A stretch of DNA of 60,076 bases, filler included, from Chloroflexota bacterium (lineage in GTDB: Bacteria; Chloroflexota; Chloroflexia; QHBQ01): NCBI GenBank assembly GCA_043754535.1. It is 2 parts of 2 records of this genome, joined end to end, with 100 filler letters (N's around TTAATTAATTAA, not from the genome) between each part and the next. Parts side by side here need not be neighbours in the genome. Positions count along the whole stretch, not along the records: positions 1 to 30,180 come from JAYUUN010000098.1; 1 more part is not named here. One strand, 5' to 3'. The position numbers and the translations under genes are program-made. Shown one piece after another: positions 17,513 through 26,401 of the stretch. Positions within the stretch are counted from its first letter, which is position 1; the number at the start of each line of letters is the position of its first letter. The notes under the pieces are model-generated. The model was not told the DNA's origin, searched no databases, and saw only the letters and a program-made list of their open reading frames with translations.

Positions 17513-19141
17513 TTACTGCCCGCCGAAGCGAGTCTGGTCGAGGAAGGTCCATGCGCCGCCCTTGACCTGGTAGAAGCTGATGATCTTGTTGGTGGTGTCG
17601 CCGTTCGCGTCGAAGCTGGTGTTGCCGATCACGCCCTTGAAGTCCTTGGTCGCAGCGATAGCGGCGCGCACGGTCTCGCGGTTGCTGACCTGATCGCCAT
17701 CCTTCCACTTGCTGCCACTGGCTTTGATCGCGGCGATGATGATGTTGGCGGCTTCGTAGGCGTTCGCGCTATACGCGCCAACCTTCGCGCCGAACTTCTT
17801 CTCGTAGTCGGCCAGGAACTGCTTGGCATCTGGCAGCGACTCGGCGTTAACCGCAGCCACGGAGGCAATGCCACCATTAGCGTTGTCGCCCGCGTCCTTG
17901 AGGAACTGGTCGTCCTGGATACCGTCACCGCCGAGTAGGGGGACACCAGCCATCTTGTCCTTCATCTGCTTGCGGAACAAGCCAACCCCATTGGAGGTGG
18001 TGCCACCGTAGAAGACGAGGGCCGGGCTGGCCGCCGCAATCTTGGGGACGATGGTGCTGTAGTCGGTGGTTCCCTTCGGGATACCATCGTGGCCGACGAC
18101 GGTGCCGCCCTTGGCCTTGTACTCCTTCTCGAAGTTGTCAGCCAGACCCTTGCCGTAGGCTTCCTGGTCGTCCAGGATGTAGACGCTCTTAAGGTTGAGC
18201 TTGGTGATCGCGTAATCCGCGAGGGCTGGCCCCTGGATATCGTCGGTGGTGCAGACGCGGAAGTAGGTGATAGTACCGTTAGGACGGTAGGTGCCAGTCT
18301 CGCCGAACTCTGGCTTGGTCAGCTTCTCGTTGGTGTTCGAGGGGCTGATGTGGGCGAGGTTTGCGTCGTTCATGATCGGCATGATCGCGCGGGCAACGTT
18401 GGAGTTGAAGGGGCCGACCATCGCCACAACCTGGCTGTCAGCGATGAAAGCCTGGGCGTTGTTCGCGCCCTGCTGCGGATTGTGAACGCCGTTCACGGCA
18501 TCGTCGAGGGCATACATCTCCAGCTTATAGCCAGGGACAATCTCGCCCTTCGCATTGGCCTGCTCAATGGCGAGCTGCACGCCGTTGCGGGTTGGTACGC
18601 CAATGCTGGCATCCGCGCCACTGGTGGGCAGGTCGACCGCGATGCGGATTACGCCCTTGCTACCCTTTTCGCCAGCGACAACAGCGGCTGCCGTTGGTGT
18701 CATCATCCCAGTGCCGGTCATTGGGGTCATACCCATCATCGGGGTAGACATCATGGTGCCGGTCATCATTGGGGTCATGCCCATCATCGGGGTAGACATC
18801 ATGGTGCCGGTCATCATTGGGGTCATACCCATCATCATGGTGCCGGTCATCATCGGGGTCATGCCCATCATTGGGGTGGACATCATGGTGCCGGTCATCA
18901 TCGGGGTCATGCCCATCATCGGGGTCATGCCCATCATCGGGGTCATGCCCATCATCGGGGTGGCCATCATGGTGGCCGCAGCCATCACGGTGGTGTTGGT
19001 AGCCGCAGCCACCATCGAGGTACCAGTCGCAACGGCTGCCGGAGCCGGAGTCGCGGTAGTGTTGTTGTCGCAGGCGGCCAATACCATGCTCAACATCAGC
19101 ACGGCGACCAACAGCGAACCAGCCTTAGAAAATGACTTCAT
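17513..19141 (-). CDS. LivJ/LivK-type ABC substrate-binding lipoprotein (copy 1) with Met-rich linker
   Basis: Lipobox LAAC; long stretches identical to 15977-17371; AAGGAGG RBS. Confidence 0.92.
   Translation of the reverse strand: MKSFSKAGSLLVAVLMLSMVLAACDNNTTATPAPAAVATGTSMVAAATNTTVMAAATMMATPMMGMTPMMGMTPMMGMTPMMTGTMMSTPMMGMTPMMTGTMMMGMTPMMTGTMMSTPMMGMTPMMTGTMMSTPMMGMTPMTGTGMMTPTAAAVVAGEKGSKGVIRIAVDLPTSGADASIGVPTRNGVQLAIEQANAKGEIVPGYKLEMYALDDAVNGVHNPQQGANNAQAFIADSQVVAMVGPFNSNVARAIMPIMNDANLAHISPSNTNEKLTKPEFGETGTYRPNGTITYFRVCTTDDIQGPALADYAITKLNLKSVYILDDQEAYGKGLADNFEKEYKAKGGTVVGHDGIPKGTTDYSTIVPKIAAASPALVFYGGTTSNGVGLFRKQMKDKMAGVPLLGGDGIQDDQFLKDAGDNANGGIASVAAVNAESLPDAKQFLADYEKKFGAKVGAYSANAYEAANIIIAAIKASGSKWKDGDQVSNRETVRAAIAATKDFKGVIGNTSFDANGDTTNKIISFYQVKGGAWTFLDQTRFGGQ
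18692..18970 (-). repeat. Coding tandem repeat (MMGMTP / MMTGT / MMSTP units)
   Basis: 15-nt and 18-nt units (e.g. CATCATCGGGGTCATGCC) with a 48-nt higher-order unit; 41 Met in 93 codons. Confidence 0.95.
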
Positions 19142-19308
19142 ACTAAACAGTTCCTCCTTGAGGGTATCCTATGCGCTTGCGCGCCGAAAGAACAAGCCGA
19201 TCTCCTTGTTTGCCCATAGCTGCCAACTGAGGGACAAGCGCGAAGCTCACCCGCAACCGGCTGCACAGAGATAGACTCTCGCCACCAACCAATAGTGGCG
19301 TAGTCAGC

Positions 19309-19337
19309 ATTATAGTTACCCCCTCCCAATTTGTCAA
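19309..19337 (-). promoter_or_regulatory. Perfect consensus sigma70 promoter of the liv operon (TTGACA-N17-TATAAT)
   Basis: Plus strand shows ATTATA at 19309-19314 and TGTCAA at 19332-19337. The -35 sits inside the near-palindrome AATTTGTCAAATT. Confidence 0.8.
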
Positions 19338-19460
19338 ATTAGCGGTGGAAGTTTTTAGGATTGCAGAAGCAGATGCAGCCCGCCATATGTTGCCAGCTGG
19401 CTGGCAGCCTTGCCAGCTGTGGTACAATAGAGTAATCGATCAGGAGGTGCTGCTGCCCAG

Positions 19461-22400
19461 ATGCGCTGTCCAAACTGCCAGAGTGCTAACAACATCGCCT
19501 TCAAGTTTTGCGCCAATTGTGGGGCAAAGCTACCCGTCAGTCCGAGCGACGAGCGGCGGGTAGTGACGACCCTTTTCGCCAACGTTGCGGGCCTCAACGT
19601 TATCAGCGAACAGCGCGACCCAGAACACGTTAGTGCATTGCTGGGAGAGGTATTTGGTGTGCTGGAGCAAGCGGTTAGCCTCTATGATGGCACGATTGAC
19701 AAGCACATTGGCGATGCGATCATGGTGCTGTTTGGCGCGCCGCTGGCCCATGAGGACGACCCCGCCCGCGCCCTGCGTTGTGCGCTGTCGATGCAGAGCC
19801 GCCTTGCTGAGTACAACGCTAGCCACGCCGCTGAGTTGCCACAGTTGCTAAACCTGCACATCGGTATCAACACGGGCTTGGTGCTGGCTGGGCAGGTGGG
19901 GGCAACGAATAAGAGCTACAGTGTGATGGGCGACGCGGTGAACCTGGCTGCCCGCCTGGAGGGACTGTCGGGGCCGGGTGAAATCCTGGTTGGTGAGGCG
20001 ACCTGGCAGCTAACTGGGTCGCTGTTCGAGTGGGTCGACCTGGGCAGCGTAAAGATTCGGGGTAAGGCCGAGCCAGTGATCCTCTACCGCCTGCTGGGGG
20101 CAAAAGGGCTGACCAATCAGCTACGTGGCACATGGTTGCACAGCCCGCTGGTGGGGCGATCTGCTGAACTGGCGACGCTCAGGAGGGCGATAGCGGGGGC
20201 GCAGGCGCGCAAGGGCAGCTTCGTTGCCGTGTTTGGCGAGGCGGGTTTGGGTAAGAGCCGACTGATAGAAGAAGCAGTGGATGAGGCAGTATCACAGCTA
20301 CCCACTGCTCCTGCCTTTGGCCGCTGCCTCAGCTACGGGGCCAACCTCGACTACCAACCCTGGCAGGAGGTCCTGCGCGCCCTGCTAGGGGTGGAGGCAG
20401 AGGGTAGTGTAGGAGCGCAGGAGCAGCTTGATCGCTCGCTGGATGCAGTTGGCTTTGGTGAGGATGCGCGGGATCGCCAGCAGATCGGCCACATCCTCGG
20501 CCTGGCGGCAAGTGAGGGTGACCCTAGCCAGCAGGCTGCTGCTGCCGCCAGCGCGATTGCTGCCCTCTGCCGCACTCTTACAGCTAGCCACCCCCTGGTG
20601 ATCGTGCTAGAAGACCTGCACTGGGCCGATGGGCCTTCGCTGCGCCTGCTGCAAGCGGTGGTGCCTCTGCTGGCCAACCTGCCCTTGCTGCTGGTCGTCA
20701 TCTGCCGCCCACAAGGGGAGGCCGCCGACCTCCTGCGCGGGTTGATCGCTGACGACGGGGGAGGACGGTGGGAGGCGATCAACCTGCAACCGCTGGGCAA
20801 CGCTGCTAGCGAGGAGCTGGTCGCCAACCTGCTGGGTAGCGCAGAGTTGCCGGAGGCTGTGCGCCTGCTGGTAGAGGAACGGGCGGACGGCAACCCCTTC
20901 TATGTGGAGGAGTGCGTGCGAACCATGATCGACCGTGGCTGGCTAGTACACAGCGTGGATGGCTGGGCTGTAGCGAGCAGCGACGTGCCGCCGGAGGTAC
21001 CAGCCACCTTGCAGGGTATTATTGGGGCGCGCATTGATGGCTTGCCAGAGGCAGCCCGCCGCTCCTTGCAGGTGGCGAGTGTGCTGGGCCGTCGCTTCCG
21101 CCCGCTGGTACTGGGCGCGCTGGATGGAGCAGCGGCGCAGGAGAGCAACCTGCTGCTGCTGACGGAACGCGAGATGGTGCTGGTGGAGCGCGACGAGTAC
21201 CTCTTTCGCCACTCCCTGACTCAGGAGGTGGCCTACGGCACCCTGTTGCTCGAACGTCGCCGCCTCTACCACATTGCCGCCGCCGAATATTACCGCCGCA
21301 GCTTCGCGCTCACCTTGAGGCCCGGCGGTGTGCGCGCTCTGGCAGACCTGGCTAGCCTGCTCAATGCCGCCTACCACTACGCGGCAGCGGGCAGCTATGT
21401 GGCTGCCTACGACCTCTTGGAGGAGCCACTTGGCCCAGCAGCGGATGGCAATGCAGACGACAGCCTCTACCAGCGGCTCTACCTCTGGGGCGAGTATGCG
21501 ACGCTGGCGGAGTTGCTCGGCAGGCTAATCAGTCTTCCAGCCCAGGCTGCGTTGGAAAGCACAGCGCAGGTGAAGGTCTTGAGCAATCTTGGCCTGGCCT
21601 ACAACTATCTGGGTGAGGGGGAGCGCGCCCTGGCCTGCTACAACCAGGCGATGGCCCTGGCGCGGGAACTGGGCGACTCGGCACGGGTTAGCAATATATA
21701 TAATAGGATGGGCATTGTCTACGCCATGCGCGGCGATCTGGCCCAGGCGATGGTCTACTACCAGGGTGCGCTAGCGGCGGCTGAGCAGGCAGGCGATGCT
21801 GTGGCTGTCTCGCGCGCCCTCACCAATCTTGGCCGCTCGTCGCTGATGCTAGGCAGGTTGATGCCCGCCCGCGAGTATGGCGAACGCGCCCTGGCCGAAG
21901 CGGGCGGTGACCCAGGGGTGCAGGAGGGTGCGCTCAACAACCTGGGGGTGATCTGCGCCGCTCTTGGGCAGACCGAGGCAGCGGTGGTATACTACCATCG
22001 TGCGTTGGCGATTGCTGAGGAGCGCGGCCACCAACGCGGGCAGGTGGCGGTGTTGAACGATCTTGGCGCGGCCCGCCTGAGCCTGGGCGACGTGGCCGCT
22101 GCTACGGCCATGCACCAGCGCGCTTTGCAGATCGCGGTGGAGTGTGATGACCGCGATGGCCGCGTCTCCGCCCTTTCCCACCTGGGCGAAGACTACACTG
22201 CCAGCCATGACTATCCACTAGCCCTTGATTACCACGCTGGGGCGCAGGCATTGGTCGAAGACAGCGACCAGTTTGAGCGGGGGGCCGTTGCCAGTGCTTT
22301 GGGTAGCACCTACCTGGCTCTGGGTCGGGCCGAGGAAGCCCTGGGCCAGCATCAGGTAGCGTTGGCCTGGTTCGAGCAGGTGCAGAACAAGCCACGGCTG

Positions 22401-22682
22401 GCTCGCACGCACTCCACCCTCGCCACTGACTACCTGGCCCTTGACCAGCCCGCCGCAGCCCTCGCCCAAGCCGAGCAGGCCGCTGAGATCAGCGCGGAAC
22501 TTGGCGCACCGCTGATGCTGGCCTCCGCGCAGCACCTGATCGGCATTGCGCAGCAGCGGGCTGGTAACCTGCCTGCTGCCCGCGCCGCCTACGCCACCGC
22601 CCACGACCTCCGTACCCTCCACACTGACCCACACGCCGAGGAGAGCCTGGCTGCCCTCCATGCACTGGATGCACTGCCTTGA
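19461..22682 (+). CDS. Zinc ribbon - class III cyclase - AAA/STAND ATPase - TPR protein
   Basis: CPNC..CANC; DKHIGDAIMVLFGAP, HIGINTG and GDAVNLAARL; GEAGLGKSRL, LEDLHWAD and GNPFY; C-terminal TPR repeats. Confidence 0.92.
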   Translation: MRCPNCQSANNIAFKFCANCGAKLPVSPSDERRVVTTLFANVAGLNVISEQRDPEHVSALLGEVFGVLEQAVSLYDGTIDKHIGDAIMVLFGAPLAHEDDPARALRCALSMQSRLAEYNASHAAELPQLLNLHIGINTGLVLAGQVGATNKSYSVMGDAVNLAARLEGLSGPGEILVGEATWQLTGSLFEWVDLGSVKIRGKAEPVILYRLLGAKGLTNQLRGTWLHSPLVGRSAELATLRRAIAGAQARKGSFVAVFGEAGLGKSRLIEEAVDEAVSQLPTAPAFGRCLSYGANLDYQPWQEVLRALLGVEAEGSVGAQEQLDRSLDAVGFGEDARDRQQIGHILGLAASEGDPSQQAAAAASAIAALCRTLTASHPLVIVLEDLHWADGPSLRLLQAVVPLLANLPLLLVVICRPQGEAADLLRGLIADDGGGRWEAINLQPLGNAASEELVANLLGSAELPEAVRLLVEERADGNPFYVEECVRTMIDRGWLVHSVDGWAVASSDVPPEVPATLQGIIGARIDGLPEAARRSLQVASVLGRRFRPLVLGALDGAAAQESNLLLLTEREMVLVERDEYLFRHSLTQEVAYGTLLLERRRLYHIAAAEYYRRSFALTLRPGGVRALADLASLLNAAYHYAAAGSYVAAYDLLEEPLGPAADGNADDSLYQRLYLWGEYATLAELLGRLISLPAQAALESTAQVKVLSNLGLAYNYLGEGERALACYNQAMALARELGDSARVSNIYNRMGIVYAMRGDLAQAMVYYQGALAAAEQAGDAVAVSRALTNLGRSSLMLGRLMPAREYGERALAEAGGDPGVQEGALNNLGVICAALGQTEAAVVYYHRALAIAEERGHQRGQVAVLNDLGAARLSLGDVAAATAMHQRALQIAVECDDRDGRVSALSHLGEDYTASHDYPLALDYHAGAQALVEDSDQFERGAVASALGSTYLALGRAEEALGQHQVALAWFEQVQNKPRLARTHSTLATDYLALDQPAAALAQAEQAAEISAELGAPLMLASAQHLIGIAQQRAGNLPAARAAYATAHDLRTLHTDPHAEESLAALHALDALP

Positions 22683-22816
22683 CTTTTGGCGGGGACAAGT
22701 GCAACCCAGGGTTTGGCACAGCGCAAAGGAGAGCTAGAAGCTGGCTGGTCGCGCTGGTTTCTATGGACTCGCTGGCTGTTCCTCGCAACCCTGAACAGTT
22801 ACCTACCCCTACTGGT

Positions 22817-22845
22817 TTGCGAAAAGCGCGCAGATGTAGTAGAAT
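22817..22845 (+). promoter_or_regulatory. Sigma70-type promoter TTGCGA-N17-TAGAAT
   Basis: Boxes at 22817-22822 and 22840-22845, upstream of the small ORF at 22928. Confidence 0.5.
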
Positions 22846-22927
22846 GTAACAGCCCCACCCGCGTGAGGTTAGGTTTGCTATGCCTGACAAATGTAAGGTC
22901 GCGTGATGCGCCTTTGAGGAGTAGATA

Positions 22928-23077
22928 ATGGCTGATGAGGTAATTAAGGTGAAGTCTAGCGACATTGAGAAGCTGATCGAGTGGCTGCGTCGTGGCGGCC
23001 AGCCGCAGTCTCTGGAGGAGATGAGCCGCCATCTGGTCGAGATCATGCGCGAAGAAGCCACCAGCAAGGGACGTTAG
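22928..23077 (+). CDS. Small protein (49 aa), below the ORF-track cutoff
   Basis: GAGGAG RBS; MADEVIKVKSSDIEKLIEWLRRGGQPQSLEEMSRHLVEIMREEATSKGR*; ends 13 nt before the next ATG. Confidence 0.75.
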   Translation: MADEVIKVKSSDIEKLIEWLRRGGQPQSLEEMSRHLVEIMREEATSKGR

Positions 23078-23090
23078 GGGAAAGCGAAGA

Positions 23091-25145
23091 ATGACGAAGA
23101 CTATTAGTAAGGTAATAGCGGCGGATGTGGGTCTGGTCGAGCGGACAATTGCCGCCATGCTCAAGCGGGCCACCCTGCTGCCAATCGGCGCGAAAGTGAC
23201 CGCCGAACTGGGCCAGTTGGCCGCCGCCCTGGGGGTGGAGCCTGCCAACTTGGCTGCTACCCTGACCGCCGACGACCGCTTCCAGCACGAGGAGCGGGGC
23301 GGCACTGTCTACTTCAGCACGGAGAAGCCGGGCCGCACCGCCCCACCGGTGGCCGACTGGAAGCCCACCCACAACTTTGCCAGCCGCATGAGTACCACCG
23401 CCACCGACGTTTCTAGCGAGCAGCGGCAGGAGATCAGCGAGCAGTATGCGGCCCGCGCCTCGGCCAACCGCGCCGCTCGGTTGCGCGCCCGCGAGGATGC
23501 GCTGCGTGCCGAGCAGGAGAGCCTGCGCCTTGCCACCGCTGCCGCCGCTGAGATGCTGGCCGGACAGAGCCAGTCTAGCGGGATGGATGATGACCTGCTG
23601 GGCAACGACTTCTACGCATCCATTGCCTCTATCGAGGCCGATGCGGGCGACCTCACCGCCGACTCTTTCATCCCAACTGCTGCCACACCTTCGCTAGCTG
23701 CCAGCCCGGTTGAGCAGGCTACGCCAGTGGAGCAGGCTACGCCAGTGGAGCAGGCCAGCCCGGTCGAGCAGGCTACACCAGTGGAGCAGGCTACACCAGT
23801 GGAGCAGGCTACGCCAGTGGAGCAGGCCACGCCAGTTGCGCCAACCCCGGTTGTCGCCGTCCCACTCACGCCGCCGACCGTGCCAACCGCCCCGGTTGTA
23901 CCATTGGTCGAGGTGCCACCCGCGCCCGCTCGCAACCTCACCTACTTGCTGGACACTGCCAACGGTCAACAGACGTTGGACTTTGCCAACAATGCCGACG
24001 GCATCTTTGCCCAGTATGGCTCCGAGTTCACTAACCTCTTGCGCCGCAGCATCAGCGACGACTTCCGCTTCGTCAGCTTCGCTGGGCAGTGGTACCTGGA
24101 GGATATGGTCGAACGCTTCAGCAAGGGCGATCTCCGTAAGATCAAGGACTACCTGGCTGAAACCAACGATGCACTCTCCGACCGCGCCTTCCTTGCCGAC
24201 CTGTTCGGTAAGCGACCAGAGCAGGCCGATTATGAGGTCTGGCGGTTTAGCCTCAACTACCGTCTGCTGAAGGAGAAGAAGGAGTTCGAGTTCGTGGGCG
24301 TGGCCGATGAGCGGCTCTGGCTGGCGAATGGGGCCACCCTCTTTCCCCAGAAGCGCAAAGCCAGCGAACTCGGCCAGGATTACCGCTTCCTTGAGGAACC
24401 TAGCCTCAGCGGCGATGGCTTCAACGTGGTAGAGGAGGTCGGTGGCAAGCAACGTCTGCGCCACACCCTCACCTACTACGAATACGAGAACGGGCTGATC
24501 CCCTATGACGAGGCGGCCAAGCAGTTCTTCCCTGGCCCAGTGATGGACGATCAGCGGGCGGCAGTCTTCCGCTTCGAGTCGCCCCAACTCTACCTCAGCT
24601 TCCTCACCGAACTGCGCTTCAGCAGCGGCAACCGTGGCGGCTACATTGTTGGCCTGGACGAGTTCTACCAGAACCTGGTTCCTGGTGCTACCTTCGTGCT
24701 AGAAGCTACTGGTCGAGCCAACGTCTACACCCTGACCTACGAGCGGCTGAAGGGATCGCAGGAGGAGCGGCTGTTGCAGTACGACGAGCGGCGCGCCCGC
24801 TACATCTTCCGCCCAGTTGTCTTCAACGTGCAAACCGACCCGGCAGCCCTGATCACCGAGGCGAAGTATCCCCGGCTTGAGAGTTCGCACAAGTTGGAGG
24901 AGGCCGAGCGCAAGAAGCCCGAACTGATCCTAGCCAATGCATTCGAGAGCATCGGTGAGACGGTAGAGCGTGACGGCCATTCGGCCTTGATGACCCTGCT
25001 AGATGACCTGCTTCCGGTGGTCAACATCGAACGCCCCTTCAGCCGCGCCTACCTGCGCGCCTTGATGAGCAGCAGCCAGTACCCCGCCTTCAGCGCAGAC
25101 AGCGAGAACGAAGGGGTCTACTACTACAACCCAGGCAAGAAGTAG
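23091..25145 (+). CDS. Large uncharacterised protein, possibly with several winged-helix modules
   Basis: 684-aa ORF with host-like codon usage and a disordered A/P/T/V linker. Segments such as DDFRFVSFAGQWYL and FSLNYRLLKEKKEFEFVG...LW are wHTH-like (inference). Confidence 0.8.
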   Translation: MTKTISKVIAADVGLVERTIAAMLKRATLLPIGAKVTAELGQLAAALGVEPANLAATLTADDRFQHEERGGTVYFSTEKPGRTAPPVADWKPTHNFASRMSTTATDVSSEQRQEISEQYAARASANRAARLRAREDALRAEQESLRLATAAAAEMLAGQSQSSGMDDDLLGNDFYASIASIEADAGDLTADSFIPTAATPSLAASPVEQATPVEQATPVEQASPVEQATPVEQATPVEQATPVEQATPVAPTPVVAVPLTPPTVPTAPVVPLVEVPPAPARNLTYLLDTANGQQTLDFANNADGIFAQYGSEFTNLLRRSISDDFRFVSFAGQWYLEDMVERFSKGDLRKIKDYLAETNDALSDRAFLADLFGKRPEQADYEVWRFSLNYRLLKEKKEFEFVGVADERLWLANGATLFPQKRKASELGQDYRFLEEPSLSGDGFNVVEEVGGKQRLRHTLTYYEYENGLIPYDEAAKQFFPGPVMDDQRAAVFRFESPQLYLSFLTELRFSSGNRGGYIVGLDEFYQNLVPGATFVLEATGRANVYTLTYERLKGSQEERLLQYDERRARYIFRPVVFNVQTDPAALITEAKYPRLESSHKLEEAERKKPELILANAFESIGETVERDGHSALMTLLDDLLPVVNIERPFSRAYLRALMSSSQYPAFSADSENEGVYYYNPGKK
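23709..23834 (+). repeat. Seven tandem 18-bp coding repeats (VEQATP)
   Basis: Consensus GTGGAGCAGGCTAC(A/G)CCA in 7 copies with variants; one copy encodes VEQASP. Confidence 0.95.
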
Positions 25146-25165
25146 CAACGAACAACAGGCAAGCA

Positions 25166-25189
25166 GGGGGCGGGTGTCTGCCCGCCCCC
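25166..25189 (+). terminator. GC-rich hairpin downstream of the 23091 gene
   Basis: GGGGGCGGG-TGTCTG-CCCGCCCCC with a weak U-tract. Confidence 0.45.
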
Positions 25190-25251
25190 ACTCTACAGGA
25201 CTTCTAGATCATTCGTTGTATTACCCAATACCAATCGGCAAAGAGAAGAAA

Positions 25252-26337
25252 ATGGACGAACGCGAACTAAAAGAATACTATGAGGCACTACAAGACGAGC
25301 CTTCGGCAGAGGAGTTGGTCGTCAAGGGGATGCACCTGGTTGGTGACGACGAGGAGGAATTGGAGAGTGAACGCTTGCGGGCGCAACTGGCTGCCGACGG
25401 TGAAGCCCGTGATGGGCGGTCGGCCCGCTTTACCAGCCTGCTGACTGACCTGATCGGTGGCAACAAGGAGCCTGCTGCTCGCGAGTTGATCGGCCTGTCC
25501 GACCTCAGCCGTGCCGAGGCAAGTGAACTGGCCCGCGCCTGGAACCGGATCGCCCCCGCTCGCCGCCGCCGCATGGTGGACATCCTTACCCAGCTTGAAG
25601 AAGATAATGTCGAGTACAACTTTCGCAATCTCTACCTCCAATCCATTACTGACACTGACCCTGTGGTGCGCCGCAAGTCTATCGAGGGCTTGTGGGAAGA
25701 TGAGAGCAGTGAAGTGCTGGCGGCGATTAGCGACCGCACGGTGGATGCGAAGCCCGAAGTACGAGCCGCCGCCGCTGCTGCCCTGGGCCGCTTCGTCTAC
25801 CGGGCCGAGACTGGCAAGCTGCGGCCTAGCCAGTGCGCGGAACTGCGGGCCGCCCTGCTGAAGCTGGCCGAGGACGCAGACCAGCCCCTCGATGTGTCAC
25901 GCCGCGCCCTAGAATCGGTGGCTTATTTGAGCAACGACCCGTCGGTGACAAAGCTGATCGCTGCTGCTTATGCTGACAGCAACCCGCGCCAGAAAGCCAG
26001 TGCGGTGTTGGCGATGGGCCGCAATCTCGACCAACGCTGGCTGGAGTCGGTGCTAGCCGAGCTTGCTAGCGATGCCGCTGAGATGCGCTACGAGGCTGCT
26101 CGCGCCAGCGGTGAACTCGGCAGCCCCCAGGCAGTGCCACAGCTTGTGGGCCTGATCGAGGACGAGGACAGTGAAGTGCGACTGATGGCGATCTGGGCGT
26201 TGGGGCAGATCGGTGGCCCCACTGCTAACAATGCCTTGCGCCAAGCGGCCACCAGCCCCGACGAAGCGACCAGTGCAGCCGCCCAAGAGGCGATCTCTGA
26301 AGCGCGCCTGACCAGTGATCCGCTCAACCCTTTGTAG
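25252..26337 (+). CDS. HEAT-repeat (PBS lyase-like) protein
   Basis: Repeated D....VR..A..ALG units (DTDPVVRRKSIEGL, DAKPEVRAAAAAALG, DEDSEVRLMAIWALGQIGG). ATG 25252 preferred. Confidence 0.88.
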   Translation: MDERELKEYYEALQDEPSAEELVVKGMHLVGDDEEELESERLRAQLAADGEARDGRSARFTSLLTDLIGGNKEPAARELIGLSDLSRAEASELARAWNRIAPARRRRMVDILTQLEEDNVEYNFRNLYLQSITDTDPVVRRKSIEGLWEDESSEVLAAISDRTVDAKPEVRAAAAAALGRFVYRAETGKLRPSQCAELRAALLKLAEDADQPLDVSRRALESVAYLSNDPSVTKLIAAAYADSNPRQKASAVLAMGRNLDQRWLESVLAELASDAAEMRYEAARASGELGSPQAVPQLVGLIEDEDSEVRLMAIWALGQIGGPTANNALRQAATSPDEATSAAAQEAISEARLTSDPLNPL

Positions 26338-26401
26338 AGGTAGCTTGCAACCGCGAGTGAGTGCGAGGTTCTGCGCCCGCCTGCCTACGAAAGCCTAAAT
26401 T

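Noticed and set aside
18692..18970. Repeat array considered as a CRISPR
   Set aside because: The units are contiguous multiples of 3 inside a CDS, with no unique spacers and no cas genes.
18089..19274. Long His-rich (HHRGHA) and Ile/Val-rich ORFs on the plus strand
   Set aside because: Antisense shadows of the Met-rich repeat (CAT is the reverse complement of ATG). I saw no RBS or other independent evidence.
19328..19340. AATTTGTCAAATT as a CodY box
   Set aside because: It is two bases shorter than AATTTTCWGAAAATT and largely explained by the -35 element. Kept only as an unassigned palindrome.
23709..23834. 18-bp repeats considered as a CRISPR or iterons
   Set aside because: In-frame coding minisatellite without spacers.
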